Source: Takakia lepidozioides
Lineage: Eukaryota; Plantae; Bryophyta
Direction of reading: 5' to 3'
DNA: 64,000 nt
Assembly: GCA_030704615.1 (NCBI GenBank)
Contig: CM060734.1
Location: 1,364,001-1,428,000, forward strand
The notes under the pieces are model-generated. The model was not told the DNA's origin and ran no database searches. It saw only the letters and a program-made list of their open reading frames with translations. This document shows positions 62,670-64,000 of the stretch, piece by piece. How positions within the stretch are numbered: the first letter of the stretch is position 1; each line of letters opens with the position of its first letter. The translations under genes and the position numbers were made by a program.

Positions 62670-63780
62670 GACGACACCTGGCCGACAGAGAACATCCCAC
62701 GGATGGAAAAATGATGCCAAATTTCCATACGAGGCCCGTCGGATGAAGTCGTCTCGGGGGGAGAGGCCGACACCTGGCCGACAGAGAACATCCCTCGGAT
62801 GGAAAAACGGCGTCGGATCACCAATGAGGCCGTTCGGATGAAGTTGTCTCGGGGGGAGAGGCCGACATCTGGCCTACAGAAATATCCCCCGGATGGCAAA
62901 ACGGCGCCGAATTTCCATACGAGGCTCGTCGGATGAAGTCGTCTCAGGAGGAGAGGCCGACACCTGGCCGACAGAGAACATCCCTCGGATGGAAAAACGG
63001 CGCCGAATTTCCATCCGAGGCCGTTCGGATGAAGTTGTCTCGGGGGGAGAGGCCGACACCTGGCCGACAGAGAACATCCCACGGATGGAAAAATGGCGCC
63101 GAATTTCCATACGAGGCCCGTCGGATGAAGTCGTCTCAAGGGGAGAGGCCGACACCTGGCCGACAGAGAATGTCCCTCGGATGGAAAAACGGCGCTGAAT
63201 TTCCATCCGAGGCCGTTCGGATGAAGTTGTCTCGGGGGGAGAGGCTGACACCTGGCCGACAGAGAACATCCCCCGGATGGAAAAACGGCACCGAATTTCC
63301 ATACGAGGCCCGTCGGATGAAGTCGTCTCGGGGGGAGATGGCTACACCTGGCCAACAGAGAATATCCATCAGATGGAAAAACGGCGCCGAATTTCCATCC
63401 GAGGCTGTTCGGATGAAGTCGTCTTGGGGGGAGAGGCGGACACCTGGCCAACAGAGAACATCCCCCGGATGGAAAAACGGCGCCGAATTTCCATTCGAGG
63501 CCCGTCGGATGAAGTCGTCTCGGGGGGAAAGGCCGACACCTGGCCGAGAGAGAATATCCCCCGGATGGAAAAACGGCGCCGAATTTCCAGACGAGGCCCG
63601 TCGGATGAAGTCCTCTCGGGGGGAGAGGCCGACATCTAGCCGACAGAGAACATCCCTCGGATGGAAAAACGGCGCCGTATTTCCATCCAAGGCCGCACGG
63701 ATGGAGTCGTCTCAAGGGGAGTGGCCGAAAGAGATCATCTGCAGGATGGAAAAACGGTGCCGAATATCCATCAACAGACG
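62670..63780. repeat. 96-bp tandem repeat (about 11-12 copies) containing a 32-bp imperfect palindrome
   Basis: GGATGG units at 62701, 62797, 62891, 62987, 63083...; core CGGATGGAAAAACGGCGCCGAATTTCCATCCG; isolated copies continue to about 63995. Confidence 0.95.
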
Positions 63781-64000
63781 CCCGTATCGACCCTTCATCA
63801 ACAATTTTGATTTTTTTTTCGCGTTTTTTTGTCTAATCAGTCACTCAACTTAGAGTTTTTCGCCCGCGGTCCACTTTTTGGCACGTTATGCCCACCAATG
63901 TCGTCCGGTAGAGACAAATTCGGTGCCGGATTTCCATCCATGAGGTGGACCGACTTACTTGCAGGATGAAAATTCGGTGCCGGTTTTCCATCCTGCAGCG

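Larger units (their letters stand above)
41912..64000 (-). mobile_element. Second Mutator-like transposon (MULE-2), split by the 42640-59672 insertion and running off the window
   Basis: Candidate terminus CTAtttcATGAGCGTGAGC at 41912 resembles MULE-1 ends; transposase continues across the insertion (EMLMRT|ASRSKNP). Confidence 0.8.

Noticed and set aside
62561-63853. Long ORFs (384 aa, 306 aa) on both strands
   Set aside because: By-product of a 96-bp repeat (multiple of 3) that lacks stops in several frames.

Overview
Transposon-dense eukaryotic DNA, most likely from a non-seed land plant such as a bryophyte (inferred from the ribosomal protein and TE types). There is one clear host gene: a 4-exon ribosomal protein L10a/uL1 gene (minus strand, 2669-5029). 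The rest is nested mobile DNA: LINE fragments, a MITE, two Ty3/gypsy copies of one non-chromovirus family (one full length with an AGTAA TSD), two Mutator-like DNA transposons with a GCM/WRKY-like domain, and a 17-kb retroelement block. Two unrelated transposons each carry their own DNA methyltransferase. (1) An 11.8-kb Mutator-like element (8300-20120) carries a divergently oriented, intron-rich gene for a ParB/Srx-like domain fused to a permuted N6A/N4C-type methyltransferase. Its first intron holds an array of 40-bp palindromes, and a second family member has a different palindrome array at the equivalent position. (2) A gypsy element (48531-59483) encodes Gag-protease-C5 cytosine methyltransferase, then a single UAG in a CARYYA readthrough context, then RT-RNaseH-integrase-PHD finger. 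It has no direct-repeat LTRs, yet its two dissimilar TG/CA ends bound an insertion with a clean 4-bp TSD. Domain calls are from motif recognition by eye, not database searches. Many frameshifts may be long-read indel errors.
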